Shown: positions 1 through 10,630 of the stretch, piece after piece
Layout of the letters: each line of letters opens with the position of its first letter
Position numbering within the stretch: position 1 is the stretch's first letter
Origin: Steroidobacteraceae bacterium
GTDB taxonomy: Bacteria > Pseudomonadota > Gammaproteobacteria > Steroidobacterales > Steroidobacteraceae
NCBI GenBank assembly: GCA_027531255.1
Contig: JAPZRU010000004.1
Coordinates: forward strand, 44,381-108,380
Direction of reading: 5' to 3'
Length of the DNA stretch: 64,000 bases
Program-made: the position numbers and the translations under genes
Notes under the pieces: generated by a model
Told to the model about the DNA's origin: nothing
The model's database searches: none
Seen by the model: the letters and a program-made list of their open reading frames with translations, nothing else

Positions 1-141
1 CGTCTCGCCGACGCGGCCGGAGCGCAGCGCGTCCGCGGGCTCGCCCCACGGCGTGGTGACGCGGAGTTCCTCGACGCCCTCCAGCCCGGGGAGGTCGTAG
101 ATGCCGGAGCCGCCGATGATGCCTAGCACTGCCTCGGTCAC
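1..141 (-). CDS. mtnP: S-methyl-5'-thioadenosine phosphorylase, N-terminal part (runs off window start)
   Basis: Own minus-strand translation from GTG at 139-141 gives VTEAVLGIIGGSGIYDLPGLEGVEELRVTTPWGEPADALRSGRVGET, an MTAP-type GIIGGSG N-terminus. GAAGGA lies about 7 nt upstream and an in-frame TGA 7 codons upstream. Too short for the ORF track. Confidence 0.6.
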   Translation of the reverse strand, partial: MTEAVLGIIGGSGIYDLPGLEGVEELRVTTPWGEPADALRSGRVGET

Positions 142-246
142 GCGGGATCCTTCGCAATGGTGTCAGCGCACGCGAGCGTCGCGACGTCCGGCCGAATCCT
201 GCACGACGAGCGCGCGGGCGTCATCGCGGAGACCCGAGGCGGCGGC

Positions 247-1581
247 TCAAGTCGCCGTCCCTGGTCCGCCCTGGCCGGCGGTCAGCCGGCGATAGAGCCC
301 AAGTGCGTACGTGTCCGTCATGCCCGCGACGAAATCGGTGACGCAGAGCAGCCGCTCGTAGCGCGTGAACTCGGCCGCCGCTTCCGACGCCAGTGCGTCG
401 AGCGACGCGTCCACGCCGGTGACGCGTCCGAGGAACACCGCGTCGGCCGCGCGCGCGAGCACCTCGTGGAGCGCCCGGGTGCCGAGTTCGTGCACTTCCA
501 TCACGGCCCCCGAGCGATAGATCCGCCGCATCGAAACCTCGTAGATGCGCGCGAGTTCGGTGGCATACCGGCAGCGGCCGACGAGATCGTCCGTGAAGCT
601 ACCCGCCATCAGCGCCGGGTAGTGGTCGCGGAACGCTGCCACGATCGCGTCGACCAGGTGGTTGATGGCGCGCGCGCGCAGGTACTCGAGCCGTCCCTTG
701 TCCTCGGCGAGCCGCCCGTAGCCGAGGCCGAGCGGCTGCTCGCCGTGGGCGGTCGCGATCGGCAGCAGCAGCGCTTCGGCCGTCGCGAAGTCCATCAGGC
801 CCACCCGATAGCCGTCCTCCAGGTCGATCACGTGGTAGCAGAGGTCGTCCGCGGCCTCCACGAGGCAGGCGAGGGGATGGCGACACCATGCACCGTCGAC
901 GCGCGCGATCAGCCCCGTGTGCTCCGCGACCTCGGCGAACGCGGCGGACTCGGCGGCGAAGTAGCCGTACTTCCGGCCGGCCGCGCCGTCCGCGCCGGCG
1001 GAGCCGGCGCCGCGGGGATACTTCGTGAACGCGCCGAGCGTCGCGTGCGTCAGCTGCAGTCCGCCGTCGTTCTGGGGGTGCTGCAGGCGGGTCAGGATCC
1101 GGAAGCCCTGCGCGTTGCCCTCGAAGTTCAGGAACTCGCCGGCCTGCTCGGGCGTGAGCAGCGTGACGTACTGGGAGCCGGGGCCGGCGAACCAGGCGCG
1201 GATCGCGTCCTCGCCGGGGTGGCCGAACGGCGGATTGCCGATGTCGTGCGCGAGGCAGGCGGCCGACACGGCGTTGCCGAACTCGGCCGGCGGCGCCGGT
1301 TCGTGCGGCTCGAACTCCCGCACCGCGCTGCCGGCCAGCGTGCCGAGCGAGCGCCCGACGGAGGCGACCTCGAGGCTGTGCGTCAGGCGCGTGCGGACGT
1401 AGTCGATCTCCGGCAGCGGATGCACCTGGGTCTTGTCCTGCAGGCGCCGGAACGCGCTGCAGAACACGATGCGGTCCACGTCGCGCTGGAATTCGGAACG
1501 CGCGTCGCGGACGGCGTCCTCGCGACCGCGGCCGAGGCGGGTGGTGGTCAGCAGCGAGTTCCAGTGCATGCGGGGAGCCAT
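247..1581 (-). CDS. dgt: dGTP triphosphohydrolase-like HD-domain protein
   Basis: Inside ORF 247..1938. Internal ATG at 1579-1581 gives MAPRMHWNSLL...SEFQRDVDRIVFCSAFRRLQDKTQVHP...THSLEVASVGRSLG...CLAHDIGNPPFGH, the dGTPase family signatures. The upstream 119 codons are Arg/Ser-rich junk. Confidence 0.85.
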   Translation of the reverse strand: MAPRMHWNSLLTTTRLGRGREDAVRDARSEFQRDVDRIVFCSAFRRLQDKTQVHPLPEIDYVRTRLTHSLEVASVGRSLGTLAGSAVREFEPHEPAPPAEFGNAVSAACLAHDIGNPPFGHPGEDAIRAWFAGPGSQYVTLLTPEQAGEFLNFEGNAQGFRILTRLQHPQNDGGLQLTHATLGAFTKYPRGAGSAGADGAAGRKYGYFAAESAAFAEVAEHTGLIARVDGAWCRHPLACLVEAADDLCYHVIDLEDGYRVGLMDFATAEALLLPIATAHGEQPLGLGYGRLAEDKGRLEYLRARAINHLVDAIVAAFRDHYPALMAGSFTDDLVGRCRYATELARIYEVSMRRIYRSGAVMEVHELGTRALHEVLARAADAVFLGRVTGVDASLDALASEAAAEFTRYERLLCVTDFVAGMTDTYALGLYRRLTAGQGGPGTAT

Positions 1582-1738
1582 CGACGATCCATCTCCGGTC
1601 GGGCCGCGGGGCCTGCGTGATGCCGGAGGATCCGGTGTCCGGAACCCTTCGCGCAACCGATCCGGCGACCGGGACTGCCGGCACCACGACGCCGGGGGTG
1701 CCAGGTCCGGGAGTCCCGAACGAGCTCCAGCCAGCCCG

Positions 1739-2947
1739 CTAGTTGCGCTCCACCAGCCGCGCGCCCGGGGCGACGCGATCCGCCGGGTGCACCACGACGC
1801 GCTCGCCCGCGCGGAGTCCGCGACGCACCTCGGCCAGGAGGTCGTCGCTGCGGCCGATCTCCACTTCGCGCAGTTCCGCGCGGCCGTCGCGCTCGACGAA
1901 CACCGCCCACGCGGCGCCTTGCCGGAACAGGGCGGCAACCGGCACGCGGAGCACGTCGGCCGCCTCCCACAGGACGATGCGGGGCTCGACGCGGTATCCG
2001 TGCCCGAGCCGCGCCCAGCGCTCGCGCGGCGTCGCGATGTCGATCACCACGTTGACGCGTTGTTCCTCGATGCCGAGGGCCGACACCTTGGTGAACCCGA
2101 AAGGCTCGACCCGCTGCACGACGCCGGCGAGCGGCGCGTCGCCACCCCACGCCTCGATGGCGACGCGCTGGCCCGGCCGTACGCGCACCGCGTCCGCGGA
2201 CAGCAGGTCCACGACCACCTCGAGCGCACGCGGATCGCCGACTTCGACCAGCGGCGTGCCGGACGCGACGACGCCTTCGCTCCTCGTCACGATCCTGAGC
2301 ACCTGGCCGCTCACCGGCGAGCGCACGGACACGCAGTCGCAGTCGGGAACGGCCCCGCGGCGCGAGCTCGGCGGCATCAGGCGGGCGCGCGCGACCTGGT
2401 ATTCGGACTCGCGGACGCGGCGTGCGGCCTGCGCCGCCGCGAGCGCGGCGTCGGCCGTGCGCGCCCGGCGCTGCGACGCGTCGAGATCGCTGGCCGAGAT
2501 GCTGCGGCTCGGCGCGAGCGCGCGGAGGCGCTCGTGATCGGCGCGCGCGAAATCGCGCTCCGCCTGCGCGCGGCTGACCTCGGCCTCCGCGAGCGTCCGA
2601 GCCGCCGCGGCCGCGGCGAGGGCGGCCCGTGCCTCGGCCGCGCTGCGCACGTCGAGGAACGAAGGGTCGCTGGGCTCGATGCGCGCGACGACGGTCTCGT
2701 CCGCGATCACCGCGTCGCCGACCTCGAGGTCGATGCGGCGCATGCGGCCGGGGACGGGTGCCGACACGACGTACACGTCGTGCACCCGGGTCTGGCCCTC
2801 GTCGATCACGCTGACCGTCAGCGGGCCGCGCTCCACCGCGGCCGTGTCGACCGGCACCGCGACGGGGCGGAACAGCCACGCGAGCACGAGCGCGAGCGCC
2901 AGCACCGGGATCGCCCAGAACGTCAGCCGTTTCGCTGCGGGGGTCAT
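1739..2947 (-). CDS. HlyD-family periplasmic adaptor (membrane fusion protein) of ABC efflux system
   Basis: 402 aa with an N-terminal TM segment (FWAIPVLALALVLAWLF), a long Ala/Arg-rich coiled-coil middle and beta-barrel ends. Lies immediately downstream of the permease, 4 nt after its stop. Confidence 0.8.
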   Translation of the reverse strand: MTPAAKRLTFWAIPVLALALVLAWLFRPVAVPVDTAAVERGPLTVSVIDEGQTRVHDVYVVSAPVPGRMRRIDLEVGDAVIADETVVARIEPSDPSFLDVRSAAEARAALAAAAAARTLAEAEVSRAQAERDFARADHERLRALAPSRSISASDLDASQRRARTADAALAAAQAARRVRESEYQVARARLMPPSSRRGAVPDCDCVSVRSPVSGQVLRIVTRSEGVVASGTPLVEVGDPRALEVVVDLLSADAVRVRPGQRVAIEAWGGDAPLAGVVQRVEPFGFTKVSALGIEEQRVNVVIDIATPRERWARLGHGYRVEPRIVLWEAADVLRVPVAALFRQGAAWAVFVERDGRAELREVEIGRSDDLLAEVRRGLRAGERVVVHPADRVAPGARLVERN

Positions 2948-2951
2948 GGCG

Positions 2952-5314
2952 CTACTCCCGGGTCTTCAGCACCGCGATCAGGTCCAGGCGGTCCAGGCGG
3001 CGCCGCACCAGCAGCGCCGACACGGCCGTGGCCACGAGTCCGATCGCCATCGCGAGCCCGTAGGTTTCCGGCAGGACCACGAGCGGGACGCGGTAGAGCT
3101 CGGTCTCGAAGGCCTGCACGATCAGGCTCGCGAGCCCGAAACCCGCTGCGCAGCCGAGCGGCAGCGCGACGAACGCGAGCAGCGCGAGCTCGCCGAGCAG
3201 CAGGTACGAGATCTCCGCGCGCGTGAAGCCGAGCACTCGCAGCGTCGCGAGTTCGCGGCCGCGCTCCGACAGCGCGACGCGGGCCGCGTTGTAGGTCACG
3301 CCGAACGCGAGCGCGCAGGCGAACACGACGAAGAACGAGACGAAGATGGTGATGGTCTCCGCCATCGTGTCCCGGAACGTCCGCACGGCGGCCTCCCGCA
3401 CGGTCACCGAGCTGACGCTCGGCAGTGCCTTCAGAGCGCGGAACAGCGGGCCGCGGTGCGCCGCGTCGACGCGCAGGTGCACGGCCGTGACGCTCGGCCG
3501 CTCGCGCATCAGCCGCGCGAGCGCGCGCAGGTCCATGTAGGCGGGCGAGCCGATGTAGGTCTCGAACGTGGCCACCACGGGCACCTCCGCCACCGGGCGT
3601 CGCCCCTCCAGCACCTCGACGGTGATGCGGTCGCCCACGCGGACGTCCAGCAGCTTCGCGAGCATCGTCGAGATCACGAGTCCGTCGGGCGGCAGTTCCA
3701 GCGCCCGGCCCTCGGCGTCGTACACGCGGTAGAGCTGCTGCCGGGCCGGCAGTCCCTGCACTGCCTCGCGCTGCATCCGCCAGCCGTGACGCAGGCGGGC
3801 GGGCACGGCACGCATCGGCTCCGTCGTCCGGACGCCCGGGAGCCGGCGCAGATCGCGTTCGATCTCGGCCGAGCGCGGCTGCGCGAAGCCCACGCTGACG
3901 TCCTGCCCCTGCGCCTGCAGGAAGTAGACGTCGATCATGTGCTCGATCGCGTCCAGCCACTGCATCGCGGTGACCAGCACGGCGATCGACATCGCGATGC
4001 CCGCGGTCGTGACGAACGAACGGCCGGGCCAGCGGACCACCTGGCGCAGGAGGATCCGGGTGGGCTGGTCGAGGCGGCGGACGAGCCCGAGGTCCCCGAA
4101 CGCCGTCCGCTGGAACGGCGGCGGAGCCGGCGGGCGCATGGCTTCGGCCGGCGGGAGCACCGCGGCCGTCCGCACGGCGGCCAGGGCGCCGAGCAGCGCA
4201 GCGCCGAGGCTCACGGCCGCGGCGATCGCGAACGCCTGCGGTCCCGGCCGAAACAGCAGGAACGGGAAGTGGTAGAGCTCCGCGTACAGCTGCGTGTCGT
4301 AGCGGCCGAGCCAGTAGCCGACGCACCAGCCGAGGAGCACGCCGACGAGGCCGATGCCGAGCGCGAAGCGCGCGTAATGGGCCGCGATGTCGCGATTGGT
4401 GTAGCCGAAGGCCTTCAGCAGGCCGATCTCGCTGCGTTCCACCGCGACCAGGCGGCCCAGCACCATGTGCGTGAGGAACGCGGCGACGGCGAGGAAGATG
4501 GTGGGCAGGATCGTCGACAGCGTGCGGCTCTGGTCGATCTCGTTCATCAGGAACCAGTTCGAGAGCTGGTCGGCGCGCGCGTACGCGCCAACACCGCCGT
4601 ACGGCGCGAGGATGCGGTCGACGTGTCCGACGACGGCCTCGGGATCCGCGCCCGGCAGGATCGCGAGGCTGACGTCGTTGAACGCGCCGTCGAGGTCGAA
4701 GGCGGCCTCCAGCGCCTCGCGGCCGAGCCACAGGACGCCGAAGCGCCGGTCGTCGGGCATCAGCGCGCCGGGCCCGATCGCGTACACGTATTCCGGCGAC
4801 AGCGCGACGCCGACGACCGTGAGCTCGCGCCAGCGACCGTTGATCACGGCGCGGAGGTGATCGCCGGGCGCCAGCGCGTGCGCCTGCGCGAACGGCTCGG
4901 CGAGCACGGCCTCGTCGGGACGGCCGTCGCGCGGCAGGCGGCCCTCGCGCAGCGCGAGGCGGTTCAGGTGCGCCTCCGCGCGCTCGGGCACGGAGACCAG
5001 TTCGCCGATCACCGGCTCCGGGAAGCCCGCCACGTCGAGCACCGCCGTACGCACGACGCGCGTCTCCACGGTCCGCACGCCCGGGATCTCCCGCAGCTTC
5101 ACCGCGACGTTCTCCGGCGCGCGCTCGACCCGCGCGAACACGTCGGCAAAGCCGTAGCGCTCGTAGTAGGCGATCGCCGTCTGCTCGAGCGACTCGACCG
5201 CGGTCAGCGCCATCACCAGCACGCCCACGCCGGAGGCCATGACCAGCGCGATGGCGAACACCTGCCCCCGGAGCCGCCAGAAGTCGCGCAGCAGCTTGCG
5301 GTGCAGTGCGCCCA

Positions 5315-5315
<1 letters not shown>
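2952..5315 (-). CDS. FtsX/MacB-like ABC transporter permease (double FtsX-domain, about 787 aa)
   Basis: In ORF 2952..5990 the real start is the ATG at 5313-5315 (MGALHRKLLRDFWRLRGQVFAIALVMASG...), overlapping the ATPase stop as ATGA. TM clusters at both ends and large periplasmic loops. Confidence 0.8.
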
Positions 5316-6037
<722 letters not shown>

Positions 6038-6074
6038 CGTCCGCCGACCGGCGACGCCTCGCCAGTTGGGGAAG

Positions 6075-6989
6075 CTACGGAGGACGCGGCCGAACCGCAG
6101 CGCGTCCGAGGGCTCCCACTTCCTGACGATGCCGTCGTGGAGGGAGTGAGGCGCGGGCGCCAGCCAGTGCCGACGCCGCCCGGAATCGATCATCAACCTG
6201 AACTCGTGGTTCGTCGAAGGCGTCGATCCGAGCGAGTTCCAGAAGGCCGGGGCGGGCATCCTCCGCGGCCAAGCGCCCGCGACCGATGCTGTTGGCGGAG
6301 GACAGCTCGTGCGCGGCGCTCAGCTCCGGGTCCGCGAACGCCGCCTTCACGAGCTTCTGGCAGTCGTCGAACGTGCCCTCGACGCACAGCGATGTGACGC
6401 TGTCGCCCCAGCACGTCAGCTGCCGCTCATGCAGCGGCGAGACGAGGCCCCGCGGATACAGCACGACCACGCGCGTGCCGGGCCGGCCGTGGAAGGCCGC
6501 GGCGACCGCGCCCCCGGTGTCGCCGGAGGTCGCGACCAGGATCGTCAGCGGTCGAGCCGCATCCCGGGGCACCCGGGACAGGCACGCGGCCAGGAAACGT
6601 GCCCCGAAGTCCTTGAACGCGGCCGTCGGCCCGTGGAACAGTTCCAGGACGGCGGGCGGCGGGGACCCGTCGCCTGCGGGACTACCCGCAAGCTCGACAA
6701 GCGGCATCGGGTGCGCGAAAGTCTCGCCCACCATCGCCGGCAGCTCTGCCTCGAGCGGATCGCCGGCGAAAAACGGCTGCAACAGCCGGACCGCGATCGC
6801 TGGCGGGGAGTCGTAGCCGTCGAAGTCGCGAGGCTGCAGCGACGGGAAGACGGCGGGGGCGTACAGTCCGCCGTCCGGCGCGAGCCCGCGGCTCAGCGCC
6901 TGGGAGAGCGTGGCGGAGCGACCGGCGTCGCGGGTGCTGACGAACTGCGAGCGGTCAGTCCGCGTGATCGGTAGGTCGTATCCGACGCG
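6075..6989 (-). pseudogene. thrC: threonine synthase relic (no start codon, C-terminal half missing)
   Basis: Minus-strand translation reads QFVSTRDAG..LSRGLAPDGGLYAP...LELFHGPTAAFKDFGARF...ILVATSGDTGGAVA...FDDCQKLVKAAF...LSSANSI, after which homology is lost. Between the in-frame TAG (6990-6992) and the FVSTR motif there is no ATG, GTG or TTG. The gene is about half normal length and runs into the ABC ATPase start region. Confidence 0.75.
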
Positions 6990-7023
6990 CTACGGTGCGA
7001 CCCGGGATCGGAGCAGACCGGGA

Positions 7024-8394
7024 TCAGTGCGCAGGCGGCCGTGCGGCGGTCGCCGACAGCGGCGCGCGCAGCGCCTCCACGGGCCACCACGCGCCGTCAG
7101 CGACGACGGCGAGCGGCTCGCGCAGCGCGTCTACGCTCGCCAGCGGATCGCCGCTCACGACCACGAGATCGGCCTTCTTGCCGGCCTCCAGCGTGCCGAG
7201 CTCCGCGTCCAGGCCGAGAAAGCGCGCGGCGTCCAGCGTCGCCGCGCGTAGCGCGCGCAGCGGCGAGAGTCCCGCCTCGACGTAGAGCCGCAGTTCGTCG
7301 TGCAGCGAGCGCCCCGGCATCAGCGAGCAGCCCGGGCAGTCGCTGCCCGCCATCAGCGGTGCGCCGGCCCGGTCCAGCGCGGCCAGCAGTTCGAAGCGCT
7401 GCTCCATGCCGCCGCGGATCGCGGCGAGCTGCGCCGGCGTGAACAGCTTGCGCAGGTCGTCCTCGGCGCCCGCGTCGGCGATCCACCGCGGCACCCAGTC
7501 CGGCATCGGCTCCGGCTCGCCCTCGAGCCCGATCGCCTGCTCGATCGCGAGCGTTGGCACGTTCCAGGTGCCGGCCTCGGCGGTGCGCTCCGCCACCTCG
7601 CGGATGCGCGCCGGCGTGGTGTGCAGCCAGCCGACGAAGCGGGTCCGGTCGGTGGTTCCCCGGGTGTCGAGCGCGAAGTCGTACGAGCGGAAGTGCTCGA
7701 TCGAGTCCTGGCGCGCTGCGAGCGCGCCGTGCAGGCCTTTCGCGTACGCGACGTGCCCGACCACCTGCAGGCCGAGTTCGCGGCAGGTGGCGACGATCGC
7801 GTCGTAGACCTCGGGATCGAGGTCGTTGTAGACCTTGATGGAATCGTACCCGGCGCGCGCGTGTGCCTGCACCGCGCGGCGCGCCTCCTCGGGCGTGCGC
7901 ACGAGTTCGCCGAAGGCGGCGAGCCCCGGGAACGTGAAGCGCGTCTCGAGGATCGGGCCGGTGGTGTGGATCCGCGGCCCGGGGATCGTGCGGGCGCGGA
8001 CGGCTTCGCGCAGCTTCAGGTGCAGCGGGATGCCGGCCATGTTGCGCACCGTCGTGACGCCGCAGGCGAGCAGCACGCGCAGGTACTCCGCGCCCCGACG
8101 CAACGCGGCTTCCTCGTCGAGCACGCCGAACTCCGGGCCGATGCCGATCGGCAGCAGGTGCACGTGCATGTCCGCGAGTCCGGGCACCACGGTCCACCCG
8201 GTCGCGTCAATGCGCGGGAGATCCGCTGCCGGTGCGAACCCGCGGGACGGCGCGATCGACTCGATGCGGTGGTGGCGCACCACCAGCGTGTGGTCGTGCA
8301 GCACCTCGGTGCCGCGCAGCGTCACGAGCGTCGCGTGCTCCAGCGCGAACGCGCCCGTGCCGGGCAGGGCGGTCGGGCGGGCGTCGGGCATCAT
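7024..8394 (-). CDS. metal-dependent amidohydrolase family protein (paralog 1)
   Basis: 456 aa with PGLADMHVHL (HxH metal motif), GVTTVRNM, GYDSIKVY, VVGHV, SIEH and GSDCPG. Paralogous to 13751..15478 and 22953..24497. Confidence 0.8.
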   Translation of the reverse strand: MMPDARPTALPGTGAFALEHATLVTLRGTEVLHDHTLVVRHHRIESIAPSRGFAPAADLPRIDATGWTVVPGLADMHVHLLPIGIGPEFGVLDEEAALRRGAEYLRVLLACGVTTVRNMAGIPLHLKLREAVRARTIPGPRIHTTGPILETRFTFPGLAAFGELVRTPEEARRAVQAHARAGYDSIKVYNDLDPEVYDAIVATCRELGLQVVGHVAYAKGLHGALAARQDSIEHFRSYDFALDTRGTTDRTRFVGWLHTTPARIREVAERTAEAGTWNVPTLAIEQAIGLEGEPEPMPDWVPRWIADAGAEDDLRKLFTPAQLAAIRGGMEQRFELLAALDRAGAPLMAGSDCPGCSLMPGRSLHDELRLYVEAGLSPLRALRAATLDAARFLGLDAELGTLEAGKKADLVVVSGDPLASVDALREPLAVVADGAWWPVEALRAPLSATAARPPAH

Positions 8395-8413
8395 GGTGTA
8401 CTCCCAGACGGCT

Positions 8414-8628
8414 TCAGAGGTGCTGCCGCAGCAGCGGAATGGCGCGCTCGACGTCCGCCGCGGAGACGTCGAGATGTGTCACCAGCCTCAGTCGCTACAG
8501 ACCGGTGCACAGGATGCCGACCGCCCGCAGGCGCTCGACCGCTGCGAGTCGCCGACCTCCGCGGCCGCCATCACTTCGCGCATCGCGAGGGTGGGTCGGG
8601 TGGCCGTGTCGCTGCGCAGGTCGATCAT
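8414..8628 (-). pseudogene. ltaE: low-specificity threonine aldolase relic (N-terminus fused to C-terminus, frame-shifted, internal stop)
   Basis: Own translation from ATG 8626-8628 gives MIDLRSDTATRPTLAMREVMAAAEVGD, the canonical LtaE N-terminus. A shifted frame then reads LAAVERLRAVGILCTGL-stop-RLRLVTHLDVSAADVERAIPLLRQHL-stop, the LtaE C-terminus. About 250 internal codons are absent. Confidence 0.7.
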
Positions 8629-8656
8629 CGCGGGGTCACCGTGGTGGGCCGTGCAT

Positions 8657-10162
8657 CTACGCTCGCGCGGTCGCGCTGCCGACCAGCTCCGCCGCGCGTG
8701 CCTTCAGCACGTGCCGGTCGATCTTATTCGCACCCGAGAGCGGCATCCGGTCCAGGAACCAGACGCGGCGCGGGTGCAGGTACGGTGCGGCCCGCTGCAG
8801 CACGTAGTCCTTCACGTCCTGTTCCGCGAGCGCCGCGCCCGGGCGCGTGACGACGAACGCAACGGGCATCTGCCCGCGCACTTCGTCCGCGACCGGCACC
8901 ACGGCGACCTCCAGCACGTCCGGGTGCCGCTCGATCAGCCGCTCGACCTCCCCGGGGTACACGTTCTCGCCGCCGCAGACGAACATGTCGTCCGCGCGGC
9001 CGACGAAGTACAGGAAACCGTCGGCGTCGCGACGGACGATGTCGCCGGTGTTGATCCAGCCGTCGCGCATCTTGGCGGCCGTCACCTGCGGCAGATTGAG
9101 ATAGCCGCTCATGCTCGCGGCGCTGCGCACCTCGAGTACGCCCTCGTCCTCCGTCCCGCCGACGAGCCGCAGTTCCGCGTGCGGCGCGGGGTAGCCGATC
9201 GAGAGCGCGGGCCGCGGAACGCCGCCCGGATGCGCGCCGAGCAAGCCCGCGCCGATTTCGGTCGTGCCGTAGCTGTTGATGATCGCGGCTTTCGGGAAGA
9301 TTTCGCGGCTCTGCGCGACGATCGACTCGGCGACGGGCGCCGAACCGATCATCACGAGTTCGACGCACGAGAGGTCCGCGCGCGCGAGCACCTCGCGCTC
9401 CTTCGCGAGCAGGGCGACCATCGTGGGCACGCCGCTCAGCACCGTGACGCGGTAGCGATCGAGCGCGGCGACGAACGGGGCCGCCTCGAAGCGCCACATC
9501 AGCACGACTCGGCCCCCGATGGCGAAGGCCAACTCCGAGACCACGAGCCCATTCATGTGGAACAGCGGTGCCGCGACGATGCACGGACCGCGGGACAGGA
9601 ACGCGCGCACGCCCGGCTGGGCGAGGCCGTCCACGATCGCGAGCTGGCTCGCGTGCGAGAGCATCACCCCCTTGGGACGCCCGGTGGAGCCCGAGGTGTA
9701 GAGCACGATCGCCGGGGCCTGGCCCGGCGGCTCGACGCGCTCGTCCGGCTCGCCGGCGAGCCACGCGTCGAACTCCGGACTCTCGGTCGCGATCACGGAC
9801 AGCGAGGCGGGCACGCCGGCCGGCGCCTCCGCGTCCACGATCAGCAGGTCCAGCGCGGAGTCCGTGCACACGTGTGCGATCGCCTCGCCGCCCGCACGCG
9901 CGTTGTACGGCACCACCGTGCAGCCGGCGCGCAGGCCGCCGAAGTACGCCGCGTAGAACCGCGCGGTGTTGGCGCAGAGCATGCCTAGCCTGGAGCCCGG
10001 GCCGAGACCGCGGCGCCGCAGTGCGCCGGCGGTGGCCGCCGCCATCCGGCGCAGCTGCGCGTAGGTGTACGAGACCGGGCCCGCCCCGGAGAGATCCACG
10101 AGCGCGACGGCGTCCGGCGCGCCGTCGCGGTCGAGCACCGAGGCGAGGTTCGCCGCGAGCAT
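8657..10162 (-). CDS. AMP-dependent synthetase/ligase (acyl-CoA or acyl-AMP ligase)
   Basis: In ORF 8657..10600 the start is ATG at 10160-10162 (MLAANLASVLD...). AMP-binding motif LYTSGSTGRPKGV, then YGTTE, and GDIVRRDADGFLYFVGRADD. Starts 2 nt after the thioesterase stop. Confidence 0.85.
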   Translation of the reverse strand: MLAANLASVLDRDGAPDAVALVDLSGAGPVSYTYAQLRRMAAATAGALRRRGLGPGSRLGMLCANTARFYAAYFGGLRAGCTVVPYNARAGGEAIAHVCTDSALDLLIVDAEAPAGVPASLSVIATESPEFDAWLAGEPDERVEPPGQAPAIVLYTSGSTGRPKGVMLSHASQLAIVDGLAQPGVRAFLSRGPCIVAAPLFHMNGLVVSELAFAIGGRVVLMWRFEAAPFVAALDRYRVTVLSGVPTMVALLAKEREVLARADLSCVELVMIGSAPVAESIVAQSREIFPKAAIINSYGTTEIGAGLLGAHPGGVPRPALSIGYPAPHAELRLVGGTEDEGVLEVRSAASMSGYLNLPQVTAAKMRDGWINTGDIVRRDADGFLYFVGRADDMFVCGGENVYPGEVERLIERHPDVLEVAVVPVADEVRGQMPVAFVVTRPGAALAEQDVKDYVLQRAAPYLHPRRVWFLDRMPLSGANKIDRHVLKARAAELVGSATARA

Positions 10163-10164
10163 CG

Positions 10165-10575
10165 TCACGCCGCCGAGACGTAGAACACGCCGCGCCCCAC
10201 GGCGCAGAGCTTGCCATCCGCGCCGACCACGTCCACTTCGACCGTGCTCAGCGTGCGCCCCGCCTTGCGGACGCGCGCGGTCGCCGTCAGGTCTCCCGAG
10301 GCGGGCCGGACGTAGTCGACGTTCAGGCCGACGGTGCCGCAGTCGCGGCCTGCGACCATCGACGCCGCGAACGCCCCCGCCGTGTCGAGCAGCGCCGCCA
10401 CCGGGCCGCCGTGCCAGGTCTTCGAGCCGTCCGCGTCGGCGCCCTCGGCGCACCACGGCATCCGCATCGTCAGCGTCTGGGCGGCTGCGTCGGCGGCCGT
10501 GATCTCGATCGCCCAGTCGCGGATGTACGGCGACGCAGCGATGTAGCCTCTCAGCTGGTCCAGGGACAGGGGCAT
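10165..10575 (-). CDS. PaaI-family hotdog-fold thioesterase
   Basis: 136 aa with ...HGGPVAALLDTAGAFAA...VGLNVDYVRPA...ARVRKAGRTLSTVEVDV..., the typical PaaI/YbgC hotdog pattern. Confidence 0.7.
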   Translation of the reverse strand: MPLSLDQLRGYIAASPYIRDWAIEITAADAAAQTLTMRMPWCAEGADADGSKTWHGGPVAALLDTAGAFAASMVAGRDCGTVGLNVDYVRPASGDLTATARVRKAGRTLSTVEVDVVGADGKLCAVGRGVFYVSAA

Positions 10576-10630
10576 CGGGTGTCTCCTCGGCGGCCGGCAC
10601 GCGCGTAGCGCAGGGGTGGGGGGACGCGCC

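Noticed and set aside
157-1620. Long alternate-frame or antisense ORFs throughout the track. Examples are 157..1620(+), 1433..3226(+), 2679..5738(+), 7835..9988(+), 16407..18320(-), 24367..27117(+), 50100..52487(-), 53804..56902(-) and 56315..60115(+).
   Set aside because: Their translations are Arg/Ala/Pro/Gly-rich low-complexity strings with no motifs. They overlap genes with clear family signatures on the other strand or frame. Stop-codon depletion in very GC-rich DNA explains them.
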